Shown one piece after another: positions 1 through 9,870 of a DNA stretch of 64,000 nt. Numbering within the stretch: the first letter of the stretch is position 1; each line of letters starts with the position of its first letter. The stretch spans positions 2,598 to 66,597 of the forward strand of contig JAHDKI010000030.1 in the NCBI GenBank assembly GCA_018436925.1. The letters run 5' to 3'. The stretch is from Syntrophaceae bacterium. GTDB lineage: Bacteria; Desulfobacterota; Syntrophia; Syntrophales; Smithellaceae. A model generated the notes under the pieces. The model was not told where the DNA came from and searched no databases. It saw nothing but the letters and a program-made list of their open reading frames with translations. Both the position numbers and the translations under genes were made by a program.

Positions 1-836
1 TGGCCGCCGATCCGGACCGCCGTTCGCTTTTGCGAACCGAATGGATGAATGAATTTTTTAAAACATCTTCCCATCCGGCCGGTCACGGTTTCAATCCGGC
101 GGACGCCCGGAAGGGGTTTGCCTGTTACAGCTTTGTTCCCAAGTCGAATGTTCCGCTCAAGGTGATCGTGCTCGACAATACGCAAAAGGAAGACGACGGT
201 TCCGCCGACATACACGGGCACGGCTTTCTGGATGAAGCGCGGTGGGCCTGGCTTAAAAAGGAACTCGCCGATGGGACCGCAGCAGGGCAGCTCATGATCA
301 TTGCCGCGCACGTGCCGATTGGTGTGGAAGTCACTGCGCCCAATTCCGAAATGGGCTGGTGGATGAATCCCCAAAACGCCGTGACCCTGCCGGGGCTGAT
401 TGCCGAGCTTCACCGCCATCCGAACCTGATTCTGTGGCTTGCCGGGCACCGCCACTTAAATACAGTGAAAGCCTTCATCTCGCCTGATCCGACCAAGCCG
501 GAAAAAGGCTTCTGGCAGGTGGAAACTGCGTCGCTGCGGGATTTCCCGCAGCAGTTTCGGACGTTTGAAATTTATCTCCAAAGCGACGGGACACTGTCCA
601 TTGTGACCACCAATGTTGATCCGGCGGTTCAAGCAGGAACGCCGGCGGCGCAATCGCGCCGATACGCCATCGCGACAGCGCAGATCATCGGGAGCCTGCC
701 TGCCGTCACGAATACGAACCCGACGAAGGATCCCACCATCAAGCCCATGCCGACGGGGTCCTACAATGCGGAGCTTCTAAAACAACTGAGCCCTGAAATG
801 AAGATGAAGATGCGGTCATTGTACACCAGACCATAG
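1..836 (+). CDS. Calcineurin-like metallophosphoesterase, C-terminal part (5' end lies left of the window)
   Basis: Frame 3 is open from nt 3 to the stop at 834-836, so the listed TTG at 30 is not the true start. The IIAAHVPIG and WLAGHRHLN blocks match the His-containing motifs of metallophosphoesterases. Confidence 0.7.
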   Translation, partial: AADPDRRSLLRTEWMNEFFKTSSHPAGHGFNPADARKGFACYSFVPKSNVPLKVIVLDNTQKEDDGSADIHGHGFLDEARWAWLKKELADGTAAGQLMIIAAHVPIGVEVTAPNSEMGWWMNPQNAVTLPGLIAELHRHPNLILWLAGHRHLNTVKAFISPDPTKPEKGFWQVETASLRDFPQQFRTFEIYLQSDGTLSIVTTNVDPAVQAGTPAAQSRRYAIATAQIIGSLPAVTNTNPTKDPTIKPMPTGSYNAELLKQLSPEMKMKMRSLYTRP

Positions 837-1028
837 AAAACGCACCTGTTTGAGGGGTCTTCCCGCTTTGCCGGAAGGCCCCTTCCCAGGCAGCGCGCCG
901 CACCCATTCGGGCTTCCCGAAACGGCTGTCCGTCTTTACTGTTTACAAACACTGTCAAAAGAGTTAGCCTGCTTTCCAAAACGTCGGCTGCTGCAGAAAC
1001 GGATCATACGGCACAGGGAGGATTTGTC

Positions 1029-1601
1029 ATGAAGATACTGGGGGTTCTGGGAAGTCCGAGAATCGGGGGCAACAGCGACATTCTCTTGAGCCAGGCGCTC
1101 GCCGGCGCAAAGGAGGCCGGCGCGGACGCGGTTGAAAAAATCATTCTCGACCGAAGGCGCATCGCGGGCTGCAAGGATTGCAAGAAATGCAACAAAACGG
1201 GATTCTGCGCCATCAAGGACGACATGGCCGATATCCAGAAGCATATTCTCGACGCGTATGCCGTCATTCACGCCAGCCCCGTTTACTTCTGGTCGATGAC
1301 CGCGCAGATGAAGGCCTATCTGGACCGCTGGTGCGTCTTTTTCGACGCGGACTGGAAATGGCAGAAGCTTTACTATCCGAAGATGCGCGCCAAGCGCATC
1401 GGGTTGATCACGGTCTGCGGCGATATCAACACGCACACGGCGGATCCGATTGTGCACAGTTTCAAGACCACCGCCGAGATGACAAAAATGACTTGGCTGG
1501 GCGAGGTGATGGCCTCCGCCAATGAAAAAGGCGAAATCGTCAGCGATAATATGGCGCTCAAGCAGGCTTTCGAACTGGGCGTCAAAGCGGCAACCCCCTA
1601 G
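1029..1601 (+). CDS. Iron-sulfur flavoprotein (ISF) / NADPH-dependent FMN reductase-fold protein
   Basis: ATG is preceded by GGGAGGA. The flavodoxin-like N-terminus MKILGVLGSPRIGGNS is present. A compact CX2CX2CX5C cluster (C48,C51,C54,C60: GCKDCKKCNKTGFC) sits at the position of the ISF 4Fe-4S motif. Confidence 0.75.
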   Translation: MKILGVLGSPRIGGNSDILLSQALAGAKEAGADAVEKIILDRRRIAGCKDCKKCNKTGFCAIKDDMADIQKHILDAYAVIHASPVYFWSMTAQMKAYLDRWCVFFDADWKWQKLYYPKMRAKRIGLITVCGDINTHTADPIVHSFKTTAEMTKMTWLGEVMASANEKGEIVSDNMALKQAFELGVKAATP

Positions 1602-1682
1602 ACGCGGCGTCCTGCCGCCCACCGCTCAACACACCGAGCCGGTATCGGACAGAAGACAACCGACGGCAAAAGGATCTGCACG

Positions 1683-2171
1683 ATGAAGAACTTAACAATA
1701 AAAGTCCTGCTTTGCCTGCCGTTTGCGCTTTGCCTTTTTATGCTTGTCAGCTGCGGCGGATATTCGGTTCTTCCCAAAATCGGGGTCAACACGGCGCCCC
1801 CGGGTGCTTACTCGCGCATCATCAAGTTGTACAATCCCGACGGAATGCCCGAAAACACGCTCGCCGGCGTCGTGCACGTGATCGGAGGCGCAAACGTCTG
1901 CACGGACCACCCCCGCGAAGAGCGGATAAACAGTTTGGACGATCTGGATATCCTGGAAAAAAAGGCCCTCCCCTACTTCCAGACATACAGGATTGAAGAC
2001 GGGGGCGTGACGCTGGGCTATGTGTCCATCCCGGTGGAATACCAGGTGAACCTCTGGCGCAACAACAGGCCGGACGCAACTTGCCGATATACCGTTCAGA
2101 TCATTCTGCCGCAGCGCGGCAGGGGATTGAGCGACTACGACCGCGCCAGCCCGAGCGCAACCAACTGGTAG
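1683..2171 (+). CDS. Lipoprotein of unknown function
   Basis: Signal peptide with lipobox MLVSC-GG (MKNLTIKVLLCLPFALCLFMLVSCGG). I recognise no domain. Confidence 0.6.
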   Translation: MKNLTIKVLLCLPFALCLFMLVSCGGYSVLPKIGVNTAPPGAYSRIIKLYNPDGMPENTLAGVVHVIGGANVCTDHPREERINSLDDLDILEKKALPYFQTYRIEDGGVTLGYVSIPVEYQVNLWRNNRPDATCRYTVQIILPQRGRGLSDYDRASPSATNW

Positions 2172-2211
2172 ACTCTTTTCCAGCACCCTCGTAAGGAGGC
2201 AAAACGAAACG

Positions 2212-3012
2212 ATGCAAATAATCCCCCTGCTGCGGATGATTTTGGCTGTTGCAATGATCTTTGCGCTTTCTTCAATCCCCTTTTCCGACTCAGCTTACGC
2301 CCAAAGCTGGTATATCCGCGGCCAGGCGGGTTACGAACAGTCCCTCGACGCCGATTTTTCCGACACGAACTGCGCTTCGGCGCATCCGCCTGCGCTGTTC
2401 GGCTGCGCTGCGGGCCCCGACGGCCGGCCCATCGGCGCCTACGGCGACTTCGGCCGCTATCCACTTTTGGAAATCGCCGCGGGCCGAACGTTTTTGCCCT
2501 GGCTTCGGGCCGATCTGTCTTTGGCCTACCGGTTTGGCATGGACTATCAAGGTCAAGCGAACTTTCTATCCGTGGGCGCCGTCCAGCCGGTTTCGGCCAA
2601 AGCGGAATCCTTTGCCGGCCTGGTCAATCTCTTTATCGATCTAAACGGCTTTTTCAAGCCCGGAACGCTCGGACGCTTTTCCCCTTATGTGGGCGGCGGC
2701 CTCGGCCTGGCGTGCAATCGTCTGGGTGAGATGACCTTCGTGTTTCCTCAAAATCCCGGCGCGCATAAAATCAGCATCGTTCCTGCGGGAGAAAAGACGG
2801 ACTTCGCCTTTGCGCTGGCCGTCGGCACCGGCTTTGCGCTGACTGAAAACCTGATTCTGGATATCGCCTGGCGATATATCGATCTGGGCCGCGTGCAGAC
2901 GGACCCGGGCGGCATGTGGATGAACACGCTGCCTTCCGGCCTTGCGATCAGCAACATTGAAACGCGCCTCAAATCGCACGGCCCGAGCCTCGGTCTGAGG
3001 GTCCACTTCTAA
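2212..3012 (+). CDS. Outer-membrane beta-barrel protein (OmpA-like/OMP_b-brl type)
   Basis: AAGGAGG lies upstream. Signal peptide ends in AYA-QS. The mature protein shows alternating hydrophobic beta-strand patterning and a C-terminal ...LGLRVHF with terminal Phe, typical of OMPs. Confidence 0.7.
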   Translation: MQIIPLLRMILAVAMIFALSSIPFSDSAYAQSWYIRGQAGYEQSLDADFSDTNCASAHPPALFGCAAGPDGRPIGAYGDFGRYPLLEIAAGRTFLPWLRADLSLAYRFGMDYQGQANFLSVGAVQPVSAKAESFAGLVNLFIDLNGFFKPGTLGRFSPYVGGGLGLACNRLGEMTFVFPQNPGAHKISIVPAGEKTDFAFALAVGTGFALTENLILDIAWRYIDLGRVQTDPGGMWMNTLPSGLAISNIETRLKSHGPSLGLRVHF

Positions 3013-3326
3013 ACTTTTTGGAAGAGATAAGTCCCAAAATCACCCGCAGCAGATCCTTGCCGAGACCTCTTCTGCGCGGTGAAGCGCGGAGCGCGGCTCT
3101 TCGCGCGCCGATCAGGCAGGGTGTGCGCGCTGTCCGGACCGATTCGGTCGATCATTGACTTTGGCGGCCTGTTGGATTAAGGAGTGTCCAAGCGGCCAAG
3201 GTCCGGCCGGAAAACACATGATCCGCAAAAAAAACGATCGATTTGAACAAAATTCACGCATTCCCCGGTGTCAACGCGCCGCTTCCTGCGTTGTCCGGAG
3301 ACGGCCGAATCAAGGAGCCTTTTTTT

Positions 3327-6230
3327 ATGACTCGTGACGTCCGATGGATCAAAGACGCGCATCCGTCTTTTCTCCTCATTCTTTTTTTGGTCCTGGGGTT
3401 TTCGGCGGAGCCGGCTGCGGCCGCAAACGCGGCTCAGCCGCATGAGATGGTCTCCATCTGTCAACGCACGGACCCGGTTCGAATCGCCATTCAAAAAGAG
3501 ATCGCCGCCGCGCGTTTCGCCTCCGGAGAGCGGGGCGCCGTTCGCTGCGACCGGGTCGGCGCGGATGAACTTCTAAATCTCGGCTCCCTGCAGATCGTCG
3601 AAAAAGATCTTGCCGCATTGAAACCCGGTGATTTTGACGGCCTCGGCAATTTAAAAACGCTTGATCTGGAAGGCAACAACATCAAAACTCTGGAACCCGG
3701 GGTTCTGGCCGCGCTTTGCAGCCTGGAAAATCTGTTTGCCGCCCGCAATCCGCTGGGAAACGTGGATGAAGCCTTTCACGGGCTTCCCCGCCTGCGCCGA
3801 ATCGATCTTTCCGGCTGCGCACTGTCGTCCATCGCGGCCGGCGCGTTTGACGGCAATCCGCAGTTGGAATCCGTTTTCCTTTCGGACAATGAATTGACCC
3901 GGTTGCCGGACGGCCTTTTCATAAACCATCATTTTCTGCAGACCCTCGATCTGTCCGGCAACTGGCTGTTCGAACTGCCCGGCGCCTTCATTTCGGAGAA
4001 AGCCCCCTTGCGGAGTCTTGATCTTTCCCGAAACCTGATCAGTGAAGCGGGTCAGCCGACTGTCGAAAAATACTCCACGCGAAGCGTTGTGAACTTATCC
4101 GGCAATCCTTTCGATACGAAAAGCGACCGACGCTTTGTTGAGGGGCTGTTCAATCTCACCCCATACGTCCCGGGAAACGATAAAAAGCATGTTCCCTCAT
4201 TTCCCCGAACAAGCCCACGCACAGCGTCAACCGCGCGGACGGACGGCGTCGTGCGCGACGCCATCGAAAATCTCCGGTTCTTCGTGCGCTCGCACTGGCA
4301 TGTGCCGCTTGAGATTTCGGTCGTCTATTCGGCATCCGATGTCGAGTCGGCAGTCGATCCGGGGCGGCGCGCCCGGGAGGAACGCCTGGCGCTAAGGCAA
4401 CTCACCGAAATTCGCCAAGCCTACCGACGGGCGGCCTTTGATTTTTTCGATGTTCAAATTCAGTTCGATGCGCCGGATTCCAGCCGCAAAGCCCCCGCCG
4501 TCAGTTTCGACAAAAAGACACTCGGTCTGATTCTTGTTTTGAAAGCGCCTGAAAACGGCCGCAACCGCGCCTGCCTGATTTCAGACGATTTGATGCTGGA
4601 GACGCTGGCGGATCATTTCAGCCGCAACCGCTCCATCGCCTGGTATGCAGGCGAATCGCAAAACGACCTGCGGGCGGCGCTGAAACGCGATTATGAAAAA
4701 ATCGCCCGCATGGATGACGAACTCCGTTTTGACATCATCCGCCTGGACGATCTCATCGAAACGGCCATGGAGAGGATGGACCAGGCGGGCGGAAAAAAAT
4801 TTTTCTCCGAAACCGAACTGACCGGCGCACGCCTGATCCAGTTCCGCATGATGCTGACGTTCCAGAGGCTGGAAAATACTATGGCTCGCTGGCGGCTGGC
4901 CGAGTCCGATCCCGCCTTTCCATACCGGCCCGAAACCCGTCTGATTCTGGCTCAGGCGGCAGGCATGTACGAAACCTATCTGGACGGATTTTTAACCATT
5001 GTCCTGGGCAACCGTCCACGGTTCAACATCCTCGATGAGGATTGGTATCGCCTCAACCCGATTTTTAAGATTCTGGATTCTGAAGTTCCGGCGGGTTTTT
5101 TTAATCTCGAAGGACGGATCTCCACACGGATTCCCGCCGGCGCGGTTCGCGATCTGCTGAAAAACCGCCTCAACGCGCCGCTTTTGCATTTCCTGTTCGG
5201 ACTTAAAACACTCGATCGAAAAGTTTCGCCCCGGGACATTGAAACCTCTCCTTTACAATCAGAGATGCGGCAGGCCCGAAAGCGAATCGCGAAAAACCGG
5301 CATCTGCTGGACCGCCAATATCGGATTTCGGATTTCCAGGCGTTTAAAACGCTGTGGGAAGTCAAGGTTAAAAACAGCGTTAAGTTTCCGATTTATCGCG
5401 TCACCACCGGCATCGCCTGCCTGATCGGGGATACGAGGTTTTCCTCCCCCTCTCCGGCCGTGACCGATGAACAAATCGAAGAGCTCAAAGGCATTCTCAA
5501 GCCGGGCGATCTGATCGTTTCACGCTCGGATTACTACCTGTCCAACGCCTTTCTCGGAGGATTCTGGCCGCACGGCATTTTGTATCTGGGACCGAAAGAC
5601 ATCTGGTCGCGCCTGAGGCTGCCCGACGGAACCATTCTGGCGGAAGATCCCTGGATCTTTGAAAATATCCTTCCGAACTATTCTTCGGCCAAAGATGACC
5701 GTCCGGCAATGGTCATAGAGGCCATTTCCGAAGGCGTGGTCTTCAATTCCCTCGAAGACGCCGTCGCAAAAGACTACCTTGTGATTTTCCGCCCCCGTTT
5801 CGCCCCCGAAAAGCAGGAAGCCGCCGTGGCCCAAGCCATTCGGCGGGCGCTTCGCTATCACGGCAGGGCCTACGATTTTGATTTTGACTTCTTCACCGAC
5901 GACAAGCTCGTCTGCACGGAGCTGCTATATCGGGCCTATCATCCCGACATCAATTTCCTTATCCAAAAGCAGGCGGTGGTGAAACCCGATCCGCCTGTGC
6001 CGGGGATGGTTAAAAAAGCCGGCCGCGACACCATGCCGGCCGGAGAAATCGTCAAACTGGCCCTTTATATGCTCGACAACACAAAGCCCGATCCCGCCGT
6101 CGGCTATCCCGGACAGACGCTTGAATTCGTCAGACTTTATATGAAGCAGGCCAAGGACAAACCGGCCCGGATCTTTGAAGGCGCCGACGGCATTGCGGCT
6201 CTGCGGATGACGCTTCGAGACGATCGGTGA
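3327..6230 (+). CDS. Large secreted protein: signal peptide, about 7 leucine-rich repeats, long unassigned helical middle, C-terminal YiiX/YaeF-type permuted papain-like (C92) domain
   Basis: ATG at 3327 lies 9 nt after AAGGAG, so the listed 3243 start is probably too long. Signal peptide is FLLILFLVLGFSAEPAAAANA. LRRs have the form LxxLxLxxNxLxxLxxGxF (LKTLDLEGNNIKTLEPGV, LQTLDLSGNWLFELPGAF and others). The C-terminus (GDLIVSRSDYYLSNAFLGGFWPHGILYLG ... VIEAISEGV ... YDFDFDFFTDDKLVCTELLYRAY) matches the His-then-Cys order of the C92 family. Confidence 0.75.
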   Translation: MTRDVRWIKDAHPSFLLILFLVLGFSAEPAAAANAAQPHEMVSICQRTDPVRIAIQKEIAAARFASGERGAVRCDRVGADELLNLGSLQIVEKDLAALKPGDFDGLGNLKTLDLEGNNIKTLEPGVLAALCSLENLFAARNPLGNVDEAFHGLPRLRRIDLSGCALSSIAAGAFDGNPQLESVFLSDNELTRLPDGLFINHHFLQTLDLSGNWLFELPGAFISEKAPLRSLDLSRNLISEAGQPTVEKYSTRSVVNLSGNPFDTKSDRRFVEGLFNLTPYVPGNDKKHVPSFPRTSPRTASTARTDGVVRDAIENLRFFVRSHWHVPLEISVVYSASDVESAVDPGRRAREERLALRQLTEIRQAYRRAAFDFFDVQIQFDAPDSSRKAPAVSFDKKTLGLILVLKAPENGRNRACLISDDLMLETLADHFSRNRSIAWYAGESQNDLRAALKRDYEKIARMDDELRFDIIRLDDLIETAMERMDQAGGKKFFSETELTGARLIQFRMMLTFQRLENTMARWRLAESDPAFPYRPETRLILAQAAGMYETYLDGFLTIVLGNRPRFNILDEDWYRLNPIFKILDSEVPAGFFNLEGRISTRIPAGAVRDLLKNRLNAPLLHFLFGLKTLDRKVSPRDIETSPLQSEMRQARKRIAKNRHLLDRQYRISDFQAFKTLWEVKVKNSVKFPIYRVTTGIACLIGDTRFSSPSPAVTDEQIEELKGILKPGDLIVSRSDYYLSNAFLGGFWPHGILYLGPKDIWSRLRLPDGTILAEDPWIFENILPNYSSAKDDRPAMVIEAISEGVVFNSLEDAVAKDYLVIFRPRFAPEKQEAAVAQAIRRALRYHGRAYDFDFDFFTDDKLVCTELLYRAYHPDINFLIQKQAVVKPDPPVPGMVKKAGRDTMPAGEIVKLALYMLDNTKPDPAVGYPGQTLEFVRLYMKQAKDKPARIFEGADGIAALRMTLRDDR

Positions 6231-6234
6231 TGCG

Positions 6235-7569
6235 ATGAGATATTATCTGATTGCGTTTTTTTTGCTTATGGCCGTCTGGGCTCATGGGGCGCAGCTGCCC
6301 GACCGGGTCTGGATGAAAAGCGCGACGCAAAGCTTCACGCATGAATATGACGTTGCCATTGACGACGGAAGAATCTGGTACAAATCCCGTAAGTCATCCG
6401 AAGCGGAGCCCAGATGGAAGCTGCTGGGGACAACCGGCTTGCCCGCGTCCCAGCAGAAAAACTTTTCACCCCCGTCATCGGTGAAAGCCCTATCGGCCGA
6501 CGGCGACAATCTCATCGCCATAGGCGACAACGACGTGGTCTATTACATGAAGTGGTCCAGCCGGAAGTGGACCGATCACTGGGGACTGCCTCTCGCGCGG
6601 AAACTTCACCTGCCTCGCGACATCCGTTCCTGGTCGATCTCACACCGGGGATCGCTGGCCGGCGGCTATGCCGATATCGACGGCCATTTTCATCCGATCT
6701 GGGCGGGGGTCACCACCTTGTACGTCCTGAGCAAAGACGGGCTGAGCATTCAATATGCCGACCCCTGGCTGAAGGCGGATTTTGCACATGAAATCTGCCT
6801 GCCGCTCAGAAACCGCTTCCGGGCCAGAGCCCTTGCGGCCAGCGGCTCCACGCTGTTTGTGATTAACGACGCCGGAGATATGTACACCCGTCTTGCCGAT
6901 TTCGACACGCTGGGGCACAATCCGTTGATTGCCTACAGCTATGAACGCAAAATCCGCAGCGCGACGAAAGATAAGGACAAGCGCACCTTGCCGCCTGAAG
7001 ACTGGAAAAAGCAACCGTCCATTCCCGCCCGGCACGGGCGGATCAGCCCGTTCATCACCATTTTTCAAACAGGCCGGGGCAACGACGCCCGAACGCTGCG
7101 CGTCGAAGGCGTCAACCGGCAGGGGGTAAGCGGATTTTTTTCCAAACCGCTCCAGGCAAGCGCCTGGTCATTCACGCCGACCGGCGCGCCGCTCGAAAAG
7201 GCGCTGCTTTCGGCGGATGCCGGAGCCAAAGATGCGGGACCGGACCGGGAGAGATCGCTTCGGGGATCTTTACGAACATCTGAAGAATATGCCGTTTGGG
7301 TGGAAAGATTCAATCCGCCCTGCGCGGAGGCGCGCCTGGTCGTCCTTTTCGGAGAAGACCGCTTGCGCCTTCCTTTATTTATTGCGGCGACATCTTCGCA
7401 GGACCGCAAGATGAAAGGCGCGTTGCTCCTGCCCGACAAGCTCAAGGCCCAGTCGGACCGCAACCCCCGGTTGCGTCAATTTATCGAAAGCGTTTTTGGC
7501 TTAAAGACTGTCGTCAATATTCGCCTCAAGCTCGACAACAAGGATCAGGTTTTGATTCACCTTGATTGA
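6235..7569 (+). CDS. Secreted hypothetical protein, probably co-translated with the LRR/C92 gene
   Basis: Starts 4 nt after the upstream stop. N-terminal signal peptide is MRYYLIAFFLLMAVWAHGA. Recurrent DG..W/Y.. strand motifs (DDGRIWYKS, DNDVVYYMKW, TLYVLSKDG, LFVINDAGDMYT) hint at a beta-propeller-like repeat, which is inference. Confidence 0.6.
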   Translation: MRYYLIAFFLLMAVWAHGAQLPDRVWMKSATQSFTHEYDVAIDDGRIWYKSRKSSEAEPRWKLLGTTGLPASQQKNFSPPSSVKALSADGDNLIAIGDNDVVYYMKWSSRKWTDHWGLPLARKLHLPRDIRSWSISHRGSLAGGYADIDGHFHPIWAGVTTLYVLSKDGLSIQYADPWLKADFAHEICLPLRNRFRARALAASGSTLFVINDAGDMYTRLADFDTLGHNPLIAYSYERKIRSATKDKDKRTLPPEDWKKQPSIPARHGRISPFITIFQTGRGNDARTLRVEGVNRQGVSGFFSKPLQASAWSFTPTGAPLEKALLSADAGAKDAGPDRERSLRGSLRTSEEYAVWVERFNPPCAEARLVVLFGEDRLRLPLFIAATSSQDRKMKGALLLPDKLKAQSDRNPRLRQFIESVFGLKTVVNIRLKLDNKDQVLIHLD

Positions 7570-7819
7570 CGCCAAGAGCCTCTTTTCCGGCCTCCGCCCG
7601 CCGGCCGCGCGGCCAGACCGGGAATGGGCGCCGCCATGACCGATCCGGCGGGCCAGAAACACCTTTAAACCTCTTGCCTTTTGCGTCCCTCGCTTCGGGC
7701 TTTAATGAAGGGACCCTCTACAAAGGGCCGCTTATTCATTTTCAGGGCTTGCCTGCGGCTTCATTTCCTAGTAGAAGGAACCTCATAAACTTTTTATCGA
7801 CGAAGGGGATTCCACCGGC

Positions 7820-9016
7820 ATGCTGAGCACCGACAAACTCGAAAAATATGCGGATGTGCTTTTGTGGGCGCTGGCCACGGCCAGAAAATCCGCCCTGAAA
7901 AAAAACGATATCGTTTTGATTCAATACGACCGGCCGGCGCTGCCGCTCACTGAACTTTTGTATGGCCGGCTGCTTGATCTGGGCGTCCACCCCGTCCAGC
8001 GAATGGTCGCCACCTGCGGCATGGAGCTGGACTTTTTTTCGAAATCCAAACCCGCGCAGCTGACCTTCATCGCCCCCGGCGACAAGGAGCTCTACTCGAA
8101 AATCGCCGGACGGATTTTTCTGCATGCCCCGGAATCGCTTACGCATCTCAAAAGCGTTGAGCCGTCCAGAATCGGCAAGGCTATAGTCGCGCGGAAAGTC
8201 CTGAAGGACATTCTCGACCGGCGCGAAGAAAAGCGGCTCTACAGCTGGACGCTTTGCCTGCTGCCCACTGAAGAGCTCGCCCGTCAGGCCAGAATGACGC
8301 TTCGCCGCTACGCCGAGCAAATCGTGAAAGGCTGTTATCTGGATGCCGACGATCCCGTCGCCCGCTGGAAAGACATCCATCAGGAAGTCACCGCCATCAA
8401 GAAACGTTTAAGCCGACTTCCGGTCCGGGCGTATCATCTGGAATCGGCCAATATGGATCTGATCGTCACACCCGGTGAAAAACGAAAGTGGGCGGGCGTC
8501 TCGGGGCACAACGTGCCCAGTTTCGAAGTCTTCGTTTCGCCGGACTGGCGGGGCACCGAAGGCGTTTACTTCGCCAATCTTCCCTCGTTTAGAAGCGGCA
8601 ACTATGTCAAAGATGTGCGCATCACGTTCGCCAAAGGCGAAGCGGTGAAAATCGAAGCCGCTGAAGGCGAGGCGTTCGTCAAAAAGCAACTGGCCATGGA
8701 TCCGGGCGCCCGCCGGCTGGGCGAGTTTTCGCTCACGGACAAGCGCTTCTCCAGAATCGACCGCTTCATGGCGGAGACGCTCTTCGATGAAAATTTCGGC
8801 GGCAGGGAAGGCAACTGCCATGTCGCGTTGGGGTCGTCCTACAGCGACACCTTTGCGGGCAACCCGGCCCGTCTGACACCCGCGCTTAAAAAAAAGCTGG
8901 GCTTCAACGATTCCGCGCTCCACTGGGATTTGGTCAACACCGAACCCAAAACCGTGACAGCGCATCTGAAAGACGGAAAAAAGATGGTGGTTTATGATCG
9001 AGGGGTGTTTGTTTGA
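7820..9016 (+). CDS. Aminopeptidase, M29 (AmpS/PepS-like) family
   Basis: 398-aa ORF whose N-terminus (LEKYADVLLWALATARKSALKKNDIVLIQYD) and C-terminal block (FDENFGGREGNCHVALGSSY ... HWDLV) are typical of thermophilic-metalloprotease M29 aminopeptidases. Confidence 0.8.
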   Translation: MLSTDKLEKYADVLLWALATARKSALKKNDIVLIQYDRPALPLTELLYGRLLDLGVHPVQRMVATCGMELDFFSKSKPAQLTFIAPGDKELYSKIAGRIFLHAPESLTHLKSVEPSRIGKAIVARKVLKDILDRREEKRLYSWTLCLLPTEELARQARMTLRRYAEQIVKGCYLDADDPVARWKDIHQEVTAIKKRLSRLPVRAYHLESANMDLIVTPGEKRKWAGVSGHNVPSFEVFVSPDWRGTEGVYFANLPSFRSGNYVKDVRITFAKGEAVKIEAAEGEAFVKKQLAMDPGARRLGEFSLTDKRFSRIDRFMAETLFDENFGGREGNCHVALGSSYSDTFAGNPARLTPALKKKLGFNDSALHWDLVNTEPKTVTAHLKDGKKMVVYDRGVFV

Positions 9017-9075
9017 AAGTTTTAAGTTTTAAGGTTTGAAGGTTTGAATTTGAAGTTTCAGATTCTGGTTTGGAG
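9012..9075. repeat. Degenerate tandem 7-8 nt repeat tract (G)TTTNAAG
   Basis: The tract reads TTTGAAAG TTTTAAG TTTTAAG GTTTGAAG GTTTGAAT TTGAAG TTTCAGA TTCTGG TTTGGAG. It starts at the ampS-like stop codon. Confidence 0.4.
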
Positions 9076-9108
9076 TCGGTCACGCAGGCTTTGAATGGAT
9101 GACACCCG

Positions 9109-9582
9109 GTGGCAAAACAACCGATGCTTGAATTTACGATTTCATCGCAGCTTGGCATTCCGCCTGCCAGACTCTGGAGCCGGTTTTCGATGAATTGGGT
9201 CAACTGGGAGCTTTCGCCCCTGCTCCGCATGACCATTCCCGGCAAATGGCGGTTTCTTCCGCTTGCAGATTGGGACACGGGCAGGCCTCTGTTTAAAAGC
9301 TGGATTCTTCTTTTCGGCATGATTCCGGTGGACCGGCATGCGTTTTATCTGGCCGGCCTCCATCAGGGGACCGGATTCCACGAACATTCCTCGTCGCTCA
9401 TCAACCGTCAGTGGAATCATACCCGAACGATTGCTCCCGCGGGGCGGGGCTGCATTTTGACCGACTGTGTCGCCGTGGAGGGCCGCTTCGCGTTTCTGAC
9501 CCGGCGCCTCTTTCCGCTTTATCAAAGAATTTTTAATCACCGTCATCGGCGGCTGCGAGACCGTTATCCGATAATGAACTGA
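9109..9582 (+). CDS. Hypothetical protein (possibly SRPBCC/START-like fold)
   Basis: 157-aa ORF in the only sensible frame between neighbours. No strong RBS, and the start is uncertain (GTG 9109 or ATG 9124). The fold assignment is a weak impression only. Confidence 0.45.
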   Translation: MAKQPMLEFTISSQLGIPPARLWSRFSMNWVNWELSPLLRMTIPGKWRFLPLADWDTGRPLFKSWILLFGMIPVDRHAFYLAGLHQGTGFHEHSSSLINRQWNHTRTIAPAGRGCILTDCVAVEGRFAFLTRRLFPLYQRIFNHRHRRLRDRYPIMN

Positions 9583-9609
9583 ACGCAAACACTTTTGGAC
9601 AAGGAGGAA

Positions 9610-9870
9610 ATGATGGGAATTTTATCCTGGATTTTAATGGGGCTGATCATCGGCGTCGTGGTCAAAGTGTTCCTGCCGGGAACGGGGCCGGGAGGCATTG
9701 TGTCAACGATTATTCTGGGCATCGTCGGCGCCCTGGTCGGCGGCTTCATCGGGCAGGCCGCCGGATTGGGAACAATCACCGGTTTTAATCTGGGCAGCTT
9801 TCTTTTGGCCTTCGTAGGGGCGGTAATCGTCTTGTTCCTGTATCGACTGATTCGCAAAAACAGACCTTAG
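9610..9870 (+). CDS. GlsB/YeaQ/YmgE family (transglycosylase-associated) small membrane stress protein
   Basis: AAGGAGG at 9601-9607 precedes ATG 9610. The sequence is glycine-zipper-rich with three TM segments (GILSWILMGLIIGVVVKVFLPG..GGIVSTIILGIVGALVGGFIG), characteristic of the family. Confidence 0.8.
   Translation: MMGILSWILMGLIIGVVVKVFLPGTGPGGIVSTIILGIVGALVGGFIGQAAGLGTITGFNLGSFLLAFVGAVIVLFLYRLIRKNRP

Noticed and set aside
7566-7826. 86-aa ORF in the intergenic region before the aminopeptidase gene.
   Set aside because: It has no RBS and a Pro/Arg/Gly-rich N-terminus, and it overlaps the aminopeptidase start. It is more likely promoter or leader DNA.
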